DNA from: an uncultured delta proteobacterium
Lineage (GTDB): Bacteria > Desulfobacterota > Desulfobaccia > Desulfobaccales > 0-14-0-80-60-11
Assembly (NCBI GenBank): GCA_963773285.1
Contig: CAVZAM010000030.1
Coordinates: 25,662 to 89,661, forward strand
Direction of reading: 5' to 3'
Length of the DNA: 64,000 bases
A model generated the notes under the pieces. That model did not search any database. It was not told where the DNA came from and saw only the letters and a program-made list of their open reading frames with translations. A program made the position numbers and the translations under genes. Below are positions 10,765 to 23,576 of this stretch, in pieces (position 1 is the stretch's first letter; each line of letters opens with the position of its first letter).

Positions 10765-12330
10765 TTAGCCCCCTCCCCTGTCCTGAATTTTCTCCGCCAC
10801 CGTTTTCATCTCCACGAACAGCCGCAGGTAGTCCGGGCCGCCCGCCTTGGCGTTGGTCCCCGACATTTTGAAGCCGCCGAAGGGTTGGACCCCCACCCTG
10901 GCGCCGGTGATCGCCCGGTTGAGGTAGAGGTTTCCCACCTCGAACTCGCACCGGGCCCGGTCGAGGCGCTCCTGGCGCCGGGAAAACAGCCCGCCGGTGA
11001 GGCCATACTCGGTGCCGTTGAACAGGCCCACCGCCTCGTCAAAGTCCCGGGCCCGCAGGACCGACAGCACCGGCCCGAAAATCTCCACCTGCCCCAGGCG
11101 GGAGGCAGGCGGCACCTCGGCAAAAATCGTCGGTTCGATGAAATAGCCGCCGTCGAGGCTCAGGGCCCGGCCGCCCGCCGCAAGTCTCGCCTCGCTTTTG
11201 CCCCGGTCGATCTCGGCCAGGATTTTCTGCTGCTGTTCCAGAGAGATCACCGCGGCCACGGGAAAATTCTCCTCCGCCGGCCCCACCTTTAGGGCCCTGG
11301 CCGCAACCGTCAGTCTTTCGAGGAACGTGTCGTAAACCGCGTCGACGACAATGACCCGGGAACCGGCGGAGCATTTCTGCCCCTGGTAGCTAAAGGCGCT
11401 CTGCACCACCGCCCGGGCCGCGGCCGCTAGGTCCGCGGTCTCATCCACCACGATGGCGCCTTTCCCCCCCAACTCCAGGGACACCCGTTTCAGCCACGCC
11501 TGGCCGGGTTGAACCGCCGCGGCCCGGGCCATTATGGCCAGCCCCACCTCCCTGGAACCGGTGAAATTGATGAAGCGGCAGCGGGGATGCTCCACCAGGT
11601 AATCCCCCATGGCGCTCCCGGTTCCCGGGATAAAATTAATCACGCCGTCGGGGAGGCCCGCCGCGGCCACCGCTTCCATGAAGGCCGCGGCAATCAAGGG
11701 GGTTTGGGAGGAGGGTTTTACCACCACGGTGTTGCCGGCAGCCACCGGCCCCATGGTCATGCCGGCAAGGATGGCCAGGGGGAAATTCCACGGGCTGATG
11801 ATCGCCCCCGCGCCCAGGGGCTTGAGCCAGGACTGGTTTATTTCCCCCGGCCATTCGTGCGTCGGCACCGGCCGGGCCAGCTCCAGGGCCTGCCGGGCGT
11901 AGTATTCACAGTAGTCGATGGCCTCGGCCACGTCGGCGTCCGCCTCAGCCCAGTTCTTGGCCGCCTCCAGGGTCTCCAACGCCGCCAACTCCAGGCGGCG
12001 GCGGCGCAGCTCCCCGGCCAGCCGCACCGCGGCATGAGCCCGTTCTGCAGCGGGGAGATGGGCCCATTGGGGAAAAGCCTGCCACGCCGCATCCAGGGCC
12101 AGGTCGACCTCGGGGGGCCCCGCCGCGGCCACGGTCCCGATCACCTCCCCGGGCTTGCAGGGGTTGAGGCTGGCCATGCAGTCCCCGGTATCCACCTCCC
12201 GGCCCCCGATGATCAGGGGCTGGTGCCCCCCGAAGCCGCGGCGCACCCGGGCCAGGGCCTCCCGGTAAGCGGCGGCCCGGTCCGGCCGGGAAAAATCGGT
12301 CAGGGGTTCATTTTTAAACGGCGGCAGCAC
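10765..12330 (-). CDS. pruA: L-glutamate gamma-semialdehyde (1-pyrroline-5-carboxylate) dehydrogenase
   Basis: 521 aa intact ALDH-superfamily protein. FKNEPLTDFS at the N-terminus and EADADVAEAIDYCEYYAR are characteristic of P5C dehydrogenases. Confidence 0.8.
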   Translation of the reverse strand: MLPPFKNEPLTDFSRPDRAAAYREALARVRRGFGGHQPLIIGGREVDTGDCMASLNPCKPGEVIGTVAAAGPPEVDLALDAAWQAFPQWAHLPAAERAHAAVRLAGELRRRRLELAALETLEAAKNWAEADADVAEAIDYCEYYARQALELARPVPTHEWPGEINQSWLKPLGAGAIISPWNFPLAILAGMTMGPVAAGNTVVVKPSSQTPLIAAAFMEAVAAAGLPDGVINFIPGTGSAMGDYLVEHPRCRFINFTGSREVGLAIMARAAAVQPGQAWLKRVSLELGGKGAIVVDETADLAAAARAVVQSAFSYQGQKCSAGSRVIVVDAVYDTFLERLTVAARALKVGPAEENFPVAAVISLEQQQKILAEIDRGKSEARLAAGGRALSLDGGYFIEPTIFAEVPPASRLGQVEIFGPVLSVLRARDFDEAVGLFNGTEYGLTGGLFSRRQERLDRARCEFEVGNLYLNRAITGARVGVQPFGGFKMSGTNAKAGGPDYLRLFVEMKTVAEKIQDRGGG

Positions 12331-12374
12331 GACAGGACCTCCATCCGGCGGGTAACCTTAAGTTAAGACGGCCG

Positions 12375-12494
12375 AGGCGGGGGAGCAACTCCCCGTTACG
12401 GATGGAATCCGGAGGAGTTTCTGTAGAGGGCGGACCCGGTCCGCCCTCAGCACAGGCCCTCCTTAGTCCCCTCCCCCGCTTAGCTTCGATTATC
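12375..12494. repeat. partial G/C-tract palindromic element ending in GCTTAGCTTCGATTATC
   Basis: GGGGGAGCAACTCCCC hairpin, GAGGGCGGACCCGGTCCGCCCTC hairpin, then CCTTAGTCCCCTCCCCCGCTTAGCTTCGATTATC. The same end motif occurs at 3601-3627 and 26880-26904. Confidence 0.65.
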
Positions 12495-13696
12495 AAATTA
12501 CAAATTCTTCCGGGGGCACCAGCCTCGGCGTCAGACCCAGCTCAGCCACCCGGAAAGCCTTGCCGTGGGCCAGTTCCACCACCTCACGGCCCAGGAGCCG
12601 GCCCGCCGCGATTCTTCCCAGGGAATCCGCTTTCATGACGCCGCTGCCGCTGGTGCCCCCCACCACCAGGGCCCCCGCCAGGCTCTCCACGAAGGGGGTG
12701 CTGTCCGGCAGGTGCTCATCGTAATGGCCGGCCCAGGCATAGGCCGGGTTGAGCCCCCGGAAGGCCGGGAAGTACTGTTCCACCTGGGGGCGGATCCGGG
12801 TCTCGAAAAACTGCCGCTCCGCCTTGGCGGGCTCTTCCAGGCCCACGGCCTGGTCGGGGTTGGCATAGCCCAGGGTAAACGCCGCCTTTTCGGGCCGCAG
12901 GTAGGCTCCTCCCGGCAGGATGGTGAAGGGCAGCCGGGGATAAGAGGAAAACGCCGTGCTGCTCAAAAGATGCGCCAGGGCCGTGGTTCGGACCGGCACC
13001 GAGAAGAGCTGTCTTTTCCGGGCCGCCACCGGGACTTCCACGCCGGCCAGGGCCATGAGGCGGCCGTTCCAGGCCCCGGCCGCGGCGACCACCATACCGG
13101 AAATTTCCTCGCCCCCCAGCCTGATCCCGGTGATGCGCCCCTGGCGGTCCCGGCTGAACCCGGTCACCGCGGCCCGGTAGCGCACCCGCCCCCCAAGCCT
13201 CAGGACCTCCTGCTCATAATACCTGGCGAGCTTCAGGGGTTTTAAGATCCCGCAGTTCCGCCCGAAAATGCCCTGGCTTATGTCCCCCAACTCCAGCTCC
13301 GGCAGTCTTGCTTTTAGGTGCCTGGAATCAAGCGTGTCGAATTTCACCCCCGCCCGGGCCATGGCGGTGAGGACTTGCCGGTGCGCCTCGACCTCGCGGG
13401 CGGTCATGAGCCAGAGGTAGCCGATCTTCATAAAATCGATGCCCGCCCTCCGCCGCCTCGAGTTTTTCGTAAAACGCGATGCTTCCCTGGCTGAGCTCAC
13501 GGTTCACCCGGGAGGAGAACATGTCCCGGAAGGCCGCCGCACTCTTGGCGGTATCCCCCAACCCCGGTCCGGCGAGCCTTTCCACCACCACAAGATCGAC
13601 GCCGGGCCGCTGCCGCAGAATATGATAGGCGCTGGCCAAACCCACAATGCCCGCCCCGATGACAATGACCCTGGAAGGAGGGGCCATGGAGCACAT
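12493..13696 (-). CDS. FAD-dependent oxidoreductase (DAO family), apparent frameshift near 13440
   Basis: Dinucleotide fold VIVIGAGIVGLASAY at the N-terminus with a DAO-like body. Pieces 13328-13696 and 12493-13500 join at ...EKLEAAEGG/IDFMKIGYLWL. It sits next to pruA. Confidence 0.75.
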
Positions 13697-13904
13697 CCTT
13701 TCCGCAAATTTTTGGTGAACCAGGCTTTTGCCCGCCCCGGGGCAAAAGATTATCCCAAAACTAAGCCTCTGCCGTTAGGAAAAAGCCGTTAAGATAAAAT
13801 GGGGGAAGAACGCGGCTCGCGGCGATCTTATTTAATCCTGCCATACCGCGTAATCATCACCAAATAACCTAAGCATGCTTAACTTATCGGGCAGTAGCTG
13901 GTAA

Positions 13905-15741
<1,837 letters not shown>

Positions 15742-15806
15742 TTCTTTTTGATAGGTTCAATAAATCCTAAAATCTTTAGGAATTGCAGAAGTCGAAAACC
15801 CTTTGA

Positions 15807-15887
15807 AGCCGTCCCAGACCTCCTACCCTGATCATTCTCGGTTCCGGCCTGTTAGGACTGGAAGTAGCGAGGTTTAGGAAGAGTTAA
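15807..15887 (+). pseudogene. orphan PEP-CTERM-like C-terminal tail remnant
   Basis: A short open frame reads SRPRPPTLIILGSGLLGLEVARFRKS*. This is a Pro-rich motif, a hydrophobic Gly-rich helix and a basic tail. No upstream body exists because a stop lies at 15804-15806. Confidence 0.35.
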
Positions 15888-15913
15888 TCGGCTATTTATC
15901 TTCGGAGCCAACG

Positions 15914-15945
15914 AAGGCAGGGTCAGCCATGGCCCTGCCTTTTTA
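15914..15945 (+). terminator. rho-independent terminator-like hairpin
   Basis: AAGGCAGGGTCAGCCATGGCCCTGCCTT followed by TTTTA. Confidence 0.4.
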
Positions 15946-15975
15946 GTTGCCGATTATAGCGTTCATCTTGCCCGC

Positions 15976-16239
15976 CTACCCAGCAGGAATGTGAAGATTA
16001 AAATGGTGCCAAAGAAACAACACAAGCAGAGCCCCAAGTATGGAAACGATAATCCCTGCGGGATGAAACGGCGCGCCTGACCTGGGAGGGGAAAAGATGT
16101 GCGTCACCAATCCGCCCACAACTGAACCGACGATACCGAGCACGATCGTCCAAAGAAGCGTCATGTGCGTGTGCATGACATGCTTCGCAACGACGCCAGC
16201 AATCAAACCAACAACTATGTACCAGATGAGATGAAGCAT
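15976..16239 (-). CDS. GlsB/YeaQ/YmgE family (transglycosylase-associated) small membrane protein
   Basis: 87 aa. IVVGLIAGVVAKHVM...LGIVGSVVGGLV...ILGALLVLFLW is the typical 3-TM pattern. G+C is lower than in the flanks. Confidence 0.8.
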   Translation of the reverse strand: MLHLIWYIVVGLIAGVVAKHVMHTHMTLLWTIVLGIVGSVVGGLVTHIFSPPRSGAPFHPAGIIVSILGALLVLFLWHHFNLHIPAG

Positions 16240-16381
16240 GTTACCTCCTTTGAAAAAATGCCGTCTCCTTGATTAAACTTAGATAATCATTCCAATCCCG
16301 GCGGTCAAGAATTCAGGTTGCCGATTTTCCTGGGCTTGGCCATGCTGCTATAAGAGGTAAAGGAGGAATAACGACTAACTC

Positions 16382-17581
16382 CTATGTGCAAAGTCAAGTT
16401 GGCAAGGTGCCCCGGTGTCCTTTCAGAATCCAAGCCAGTCTCCTGATATGGTTGAAAGTTGTCAAGCAGGCGCGGGAGCCCCTTGGTTTTTTTGTTAAGC
16501 TGCGGGATGATTCTCAGGCCCCAGCGGGGCGGGACGCTTTAGCGACGTTTGATGCAATTTCAGAAAAAGTTTGGCACTGAGAAAGCTTGTCAAAAGCATT
16601 TGTTTCGCCTGCGTTGGCCAGAGGGATTTCGTTGACCCCGCTGTCAACATGGTGAGGCTTATTTTCAGCGCACCCGAAACTTATACCATTGTAGGGCCTG
16701 CGGCTATCAAGCCTCATTGACCGCAGGTACCGTGTTCCAGAAGACCAGAACGCCCTTGACCAAATGGTTCTGGATGATCTGGCTGATGGGGCGCCAGAAG
16801 AGCGGCATCTCGATGATGGCCCTGCAGCGGATGCTGGAGATCAAGAGCTACAAAACCGTCTGGACCATGGGCCACAAGATTCGTCAAGCCCTGGCTGCGC
16901 GGGAAGCCGACTACCAATTGGCTGGCTTGATCGAGATGGACGACACTTACTTCGGTGCTCCGAAACCCGGCAAACGTGGACGTGGCGCTGCCGGCAAGGC
17001 CAAGGTGGTGGTGGCCGTGGAAACCCCGACCGATAAGCCCAGGTTTGCCGCCATGCGCCTGGTGCCCCGGGTCAGCGGCGCAGAGATTCAACCCCTGGTA
17101 CAGGAGCGCCTGGCCTCCGGGGCGGTGATCAAGACCGATGGCTGGCAAGGCTATAGCTTCCTGGATGCTTCCCCCGGTCTCCGGCATGAGTGGCTGGTTC
17201 CCGGTTCGGGAAAGGAAGCGCCGAAGGTCTTGCCCTGGGTCCATACCTTGATCGCCAATATAAAGGGCAATATCCGGGGTATTCACCATGGCGTCAGTCC
17301 CAAACATCTGCCCCGCTACCTGGCGGAATTTTGCTACCGTTTCAACCGCCGCTTTTGGGAACCCCAGATGTTTAACCGCATGATTCATGCTTGCTTGCAT
17401 TCTACAACCGTTACTTTCTCAGAGCTAAAGGCATAATCGCTCATTTCACAGATTATCAATAGCTTGTAAGAATATTGATAAGATCCTCATAGCTTTCAAC
17501 CATTATGTCTATTCGTGAGTTCCCCTCGCAAGTGGGACCGCAAGTAATTACATCCGGGGTATTCAATCGGGGCTGACATAG
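16382..17581 (+). mobile_element. IS1595-family insertion sequence (boundaries tentative)
   Basis: It contains the IS1595-type DDE transposase gene. Candidate ends are CTATGT...CCCCGGTGT (16382-) and the inverted ACATCCGGGG...ACATAG (-17581), a weak imperfect match. The 8 bp flanks differ (ACTAACTC vs CTTGCCGC), so there is no target duplication. The right end abuts a truncated malic enzyme remnant. Confidence 0.5.
16552..17436 (+). pseudogene. IS1595-family transposase with in-frame TGA (16633-16635) replacing the first Cys of the N-terminal zinc ribbon
   Basis: ATG 16552 gives MQFQKKFGTEKACQKHLFRLRWPEGFR*PRCQHGEAYFQRTRNLYHCRACGYQASLTAGTVFQKTRTPLTKWF..., in frame with the 16717-17436 ORF. 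The DDE region is MDDTYFG...KTDGWQGY...YLAEFCYRFNRR. Confidence 0.8.
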
Positions 17582-17701
17582 CTTGCCGCCGTGGCCGCAA
17601 CCGCGTACGGGCAGGGGCTGGCCACCCAGCCGCAACCCGAGGATGTCATGGGCAACATCAAGGCACTGATGTATGAGCCGCAGTATCAGAATTACGTATA
17701 A
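17582..17701 (+). pseudogene. 3'-terminal remnant (about 39 codons plus stop) of a second malic enzyme gene
   Basis: It aligns with 15620-15741. By eye there are about 11 mismatches and one in-frame 3-nt gap. Translation LAAVAATAYGQGLATQPQPEDVMGNIKALMYEPQYQNYV* compares with IAAAVAETAYGQGLATQPRPEDVMGSIKSLMYEPKYQNYV*. Confidence 0.8.
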
Positions 17702-19035
17702 GTATTGTTAGAGGTTCCACACGGCGGGTTGAGATATTTCTCAGGATGGATCGGCTGGGGGCAGCGCGAGGCTTTCCGGGAGTATGCATAGGCGGCGGCC
17801 AAACGGTTTTTCCAGCCTGACTCCATCCTTACTATGCGCCTCAAGATGTTGGGCAGCTTATAGGTTTCATGCACGGCCCAATACCAGCCATTCTGAAGTT
17901 CTTCGGAGGTCATCCGGTGGGGATGGATGACTGATTGACAGGCGTCATAATGCGACCAGTCGAGATCGTGGATGCGGCCCTGGCGAGCCATCTCCGTGTA
18001 AAGCCTGGTACCTGGGAATGGCGTCAGGATATGATAAAGGACCACGTCTATTTTGCTGGCATTGACAAAATCAACCGTGCGCTTGAACACCCCCAGGTCA
18101 TCGTCATCGAGCCCGAAGATAAAACTGCCCATGATGGTAATGCCGCGTCGATGTAACTGACGGACGCCCGCGGCGTAATCTTCCGGCCGGTTAATGACCT
18201 TGCCTACTGACTTAAGGGCCCCGGCCGAGACGCTCTCGAAACCGATAAACACAAACCGCCCGCCCGCGGCAGCATAAAGGTCCATCAACTCCGCATCCTT
18301 GGTCAGGGTAAAGGACGCCTGCGCACCCCAGGTAATTCCCAGGGGAATCAGACCCCGCAACAACTCTTTGGCATACTGAACATTGCCGATGAGATTGTCG
18401 TCGAGAAACATCCAGCGTTTATCAGGCTGCTGGGCTATTTCGGCCACCACTTCGGCCACCGGCCGCCAGCGGTAACTGCGGCCGAAGAATTTCGTTACCG
18501 CGCAATAATGGCAGTCGAAAGGACAGCCGCGGGTGGCTTGCAGGGTATTAAAAACGCTGTACATCTCACGATTGAGCAAGGCCCGCCGGGGAGTCACCAT
18601 ACCCCCCATGTCAATCAGCTCAGGGTTCTGATAATTCCTCTGTGGCGCCCCGCCGTTTTCCAGATCCAGGAGGATTTGCGGCCACAACCCCTCGGCCTCC
18701 CCCGCCACCACAATGTCGGCGTGCCTGGCGGCCTCCTCGGGCAAGGCGGTGGCATGATAACCGCCGATAACCACCTTTTTGCCCCGCTGGCGGAATTCGT
18801 CGGCCATCCGGTAAACGTGCGGAATCTCGCAGGTCATGCCGGTAAAGCCCACCAGATCCCAGTCCCCGTCATAGCCAGGATCGCCCAGACGGGCATCGTG
18901 GATCACCACTTCGTGTTGAGGCGGGGTGAGCGCCGCGATGGTGGTCAAGGTCACCCTGGCAAAGCCGGCCTTACCACTCCTGGAAACCTGCCCGATAAAT
19001 CCGGTGGATTTCGGTTGCACGAGGAGTATCTTCAC
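17692..19035 (-). CDS. B12-binding-domain radical SAM protein (DUF4070-type C-terminus), function unknown
   Basis: N-terminal cobalamin-binding-like domain (MKILLVQP, VVIGGYHATALPEE), radical SAM cluster motif CPFDCHYC, and a C-terminal ILTPFPGTRLY...DWSHYD region. G+C is lower than in neighbouring genes. Confidence 0.85.
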   Translation of the reverse strand: MKILLVQPKSTGFIGQVSRSGKAGFARVTLTTIAALTPPQHEVVIHDARLGDPGYDGDWDLVGFTGMTCEIPHVYRMADEFRQRGKKVVIGGYHATALPEEAARHADIVVAGEAEGLWPQILLDLENGGAPQRNYQNPELIDMGGMVTPRRALLNREMYSVFNTLQATRGCPFDCHYCAVTKFFGRSYRWRPVAEVVAEIAQQPDKRWMFLDDNLIGNVQYAKELLRGLIPLGITWGAQASFTLTKDAELMDLYAAAGGRFVFIGFESVSAGALKSVGKVINRPEDYAAGVRQLHRRGITIMGSFIFGLDDDDLGVFKRTVDFVNASKIDVVLYHILTPFPGTRLYTEMARQGRIHDLDWSHYDACQSVIHPHRMTSEELQNGWYWAVHETYKLPNILRRIVRMESGWKNRLAAAYAYSRKASRCPQPIHPEKYLNPPCGTSNNTYT

Positions 19036-19351
19036 TGTTTCTCTCTTGTGGTGGCCTGGGATGAGAAGCGGCTGCTGCTTGGGATTGCCGGTGCCTGCCG
19101 GCGCCTCGCCAGCCCATCCTACCCCGGATTTTTTGGGTAAACCAACGTCAGCCGTGGACGGGGGAGGCCAAAAGCGCGATGATGATGTTCACTGGCGAAT
19201 TGGCAGATAGTTGGACCGGTAAGAAAATTTTTGACAGGAAAATAAGCGATTGTTGGATTATACTCTGCTTTTAAGCCGTTACGATAAAAAATATTCTTAA
19301 ATATTATAGTCTTCATATCTTACCAACCCAATCCCCAAGAAGGGTGAAGCA

Positions 19352-19999
19352 ATGAACTGGGTCATGCAAACCTTTAGCACCTCCGTGGGCAAAAAACAGC
19401 TCATGGCCGTCACCGGCTTTCTGTTTCTGCTGTTTCTGACCACCCACCTCCTGGGCAACCTGAGCCTCTACGGCGGGCCCCTGTCCTTTGTCTCCTACGC
19501 CGAGCATCTGCACGCCCTGGGGAAACTGCTGGTGGCCGCGGAAATCGGCATGGCCATTGCCTTGATTATTCACGTCACCACCGCGGTGTTTTTATTCCTG
19601 GAGAACCGCGCCGCCCGGCCGGTGCGCTACGAGGTGGACAAGGGCGGCGGCGGCCGCACCCTGAGCTCCCAGACCATGCCCTACACCGGCCTTTTGATCC
19701 TGGCCTTCCTCGGCGTGCACCTGGCCACCTTTTCCCACCACATCGTGGACCAGTCCCGGCGGAACATCTTCCAGATCGCCACCGCGGTTTTCTCCAACCC
19801 GGTTTTCCTGGCCATCTACGTCATCGGCGTCATCATCGTCGCCTTTCACGTCCGCCACGGCCTGTGGAGCGCCTTTCAGACGGTGGGGGCCAACCACCCC
19901 AAGTACATGCCCTTCATCCAGAAATTCAGTATCGTCTTTGCCGTGATCGTGGCCATCGGCTTCGGCTCGCTGCCGTTTGTCGTGCTGGCGATGGCTTAG
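19352..19999 (+). CDS. sdhC: succinate dehydrogenase/fumarate reductase cytochrome b subunit (single large anchor, type B)
   Basis: 215 aa with five hydrophobic helices carrying conserved His residues. It lies directly upstream of the flavoprotein and Fe-S subunits. Confidence 0.8.
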   Translation: MNWVMQTFSTSVGKKQLMAVTGFLFLLFLTTHLLGNLSLYGGPLSFVSYAEHLHALGKLLVAAEIGMAIALIIHVTTAVFLFLENRAARPVRYEVDKGGGGRTLSSQTMPYTGLLILAFLGVHLATFSHHIVDQSRRNIFQIATAVFSNPVFLAIYVIGVIIVAFHVRHGLWSAFQTVGANHPKYMPFIQKFSIVFAVIVAIGFGSLPFVVLAMA

Positions 20000-20008
20000 G
20001 AGAATAGT

Positions 20009-21920
<1,912 letters not shown>

Positions 21921-21924
<4 letters not shown>

Positions 21925-22691
21925 GCGGCCAAACCATCAACCTCACCCTGAGGGTCTGGCGCCAGCCAGGGCCCGCGGCTCAAGGCCGTTTGGATACTTA
22001 CCGGGCGGAGGGCATCCCCACCGATGCCTCTTTTCTGGAGATGCTGGATATCGTCAACGAGCGCCTGACGCTCGCGGGCCAGGAGCCCATCGCCTTCGAC
22101 CACGACTGCCGGGAAGGCATCTGCGGCATGTGCGGCGCCGTCATCAACGGCCGGCCCCACGGCCACGAAAAAGAGACCACCCTGTGCCAGCTGCACATGC
22201 GTCACTTCAAGGACGGCGACACCGTGGTCATCGAGCCCTTCAGGGCCCGGGCCCTGCCTCCCGTCAAAGACCTGGTGGTGGACCGCCAGGCCCTGGACCA
22301 GATCATCACCGCCGGGGGCTTTATCGCCGTGAACACGGGTCAGGCCCCGGAGGCCAACTCGCTGCCCGTCCCGAAGGTCAATGCCGACCTGGCCATGGAC
22401 GCGGCGGCCTGCATCGGCTGCGGCGCCTGCATTGCCGCCTGCCCCAACGCCGCGGCCATGCTCTTCACCAGCGCCAAGATCTCCCAGCTGGCGCTCCTGC
22501 CCCACGGCCGCCCGGAAGCCGCCAGGCGGGCCCTGGCCATGGTGGCCAAAATGGACGAGCTGGGCTTCGGCAACTGCACCAACCACAAGGAATGCGAGGT
22601 GGAGTGCCCCAAGGGCATTGCCATCGGCAACATCGCCCGCCTGAACCGGGAATTCATCAAGGCCGCGCTGGGCTCCCCGGAAAATATTTAG
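21921..22691 (+). CDS. sdhB: succinate dehydrogenase/fumarate reductase iron-sulfur subunit
   Basis: Cys clusters CREGICGMCG, CIGCGACIAACP and CTNHKECEVECP are present. The start overlaps the sdhA stop. Confidence 0.9.
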
Positions 22692-22752
22692 GGGGAAGGG
22701 CCAGGGAGCAGTGGCCTCCTGCCCTCCCCCCACACCCCCCTCCCAACCCTTT
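22690..22752. repeat. half-unit (hairpin plus C-rich tail) of the G/C-tract element
   Basis: GGGGGAAGGGCCAGGGAGCAGTGGCCTCCTGCCCTCCCCCCACACCCCCCTCCCAACCCTTTA, immediately 3' of sdhB. Confidence 0.75.
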
Positions 22753-22767
22753 ACGTTGTGGCCAAGG

Positions 22768-23245
22768 CCCTTCTATCAACACAGACACGTATTGCTCTTG
22801 GCAAAATGGTCCTTAGTTTATGGGAAGGAGGGCAACCTGGGGATGTATGAGCCCCGGCCCTTCGAGGAGATCACCGTACGCCCGCTGGCAGGCCATCATC
22901 GAGGTCAATTTCATGAGCGGCGTGCGCCTTTCCCGCCACTACCTGCCCCGCATGAAAGCCGCCGACTGGGGCCGCATCATTTTCCTGTCCAGCGAGTCCG
23001 GGGTCAACATCCCCGTGGAGATGATCCATTACGGCGTCACCAAGGCCATGTACCTGGCCCTGAGCCGGGGCTTGGCCGAAGCCACCGCCGGCACCGGCGT
23101 CACCGTCAATGCCGTGCTCCCCGGCCCGACCCGCTCCGAGGGCGTGGACCGCTTCATCAAGGAGTTTGTTTGGCCCAAGCCAGGACCATGTCCAGGCTTG
23201 GGCCAAATATTTCTCACACCCTCAAGGGATTGGGGAGGGGGGTAA
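22768..23245 (+). pseudogene. deletion-derivative duplicate of the downstream SDR gene
   Basis: 22768-23163 is nearly base-identical (a handful of mismatches by eye) to two parts of the full locus: leader 23417-23477 and coding 23840-24171. About 360 bp between those segments, including the TGxxxGIG Rossmann N-terminus, is missing. The residual ORF is 22820-23245. Confidence 0.8.
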
Positions 23246-23289
23246 GGGCAGGTGGCACAGGTCCCGCCGTGTCCTTAGCCCCCTCCCCC
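23221..23289. repeat. half-unit (G-rich anti-tail plus hairpin) of the G/C-tract element
   Basis: CTCAAGGGATTGGGGAGGGGGGTAAGGGCAGG...CCTTAGCCCCCTCCCCC. It is preceded by spacer hairpin TTTGGCCCAAGCC..GGCTTGGGCCAAA (23169-23207). Confidence 0.75.
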
Positions 23290-23576
23290 ATCATCTTATC
23301 TCCCCCAAAATAATGCCGGCGGCATTTCGGTCCGGGGCCATGGACACCCCGCCGCCGGGGTAGCTGCCGGAGCCGCACAGGTACACATTCGTCACCGGCG
23401 TCCGGCATGCAAAAATCCTTCTATCAACACCGGCACGTATTGCTCTTGGCAAAATGGACCTTAGTTTATGGGAAGGACGGTTCTTGGCCCGTCGGCGGGA
23501 AGGCCCGGAACAGCCCGGGTTGCCCCCTGCCGGAACGTGGCGCCATCCCCCGCAAAAAAAAGCCTTCGAGGTGTGT

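Noticed and set aside
16633-16635. Reading the in-frame TGA of the IS1595 transposase as selenocysteine, since it replaces a Cys codon and Sec use is common in related anaerobes.
   Set aside because: I see no stable SECIS-like hairpin in the 40 nt downstream. Transposases are not known selenoproteins. A single TGY-to-TGA substitution in a decaying IS copy is the simpler explanation.
19231-19264. A sigma-70 promoter TTGACA ... TATACT upstream of sdhC.
   Set aside because: By my count the spacer between the hexamers is about 22 nt, too long for a standard -35/-10 pair. It should not be reported as a feature without TSS data.
23431-23444. A sigma-54 type promoter (CGGCACGTATTGCT) in the duplicated SDR leader.
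   Set aside because: The GG-to-GC spacing is 8 nt instead of the required 10. The truncated copy has CAGACACGTATTGCT, which lacks the GG.
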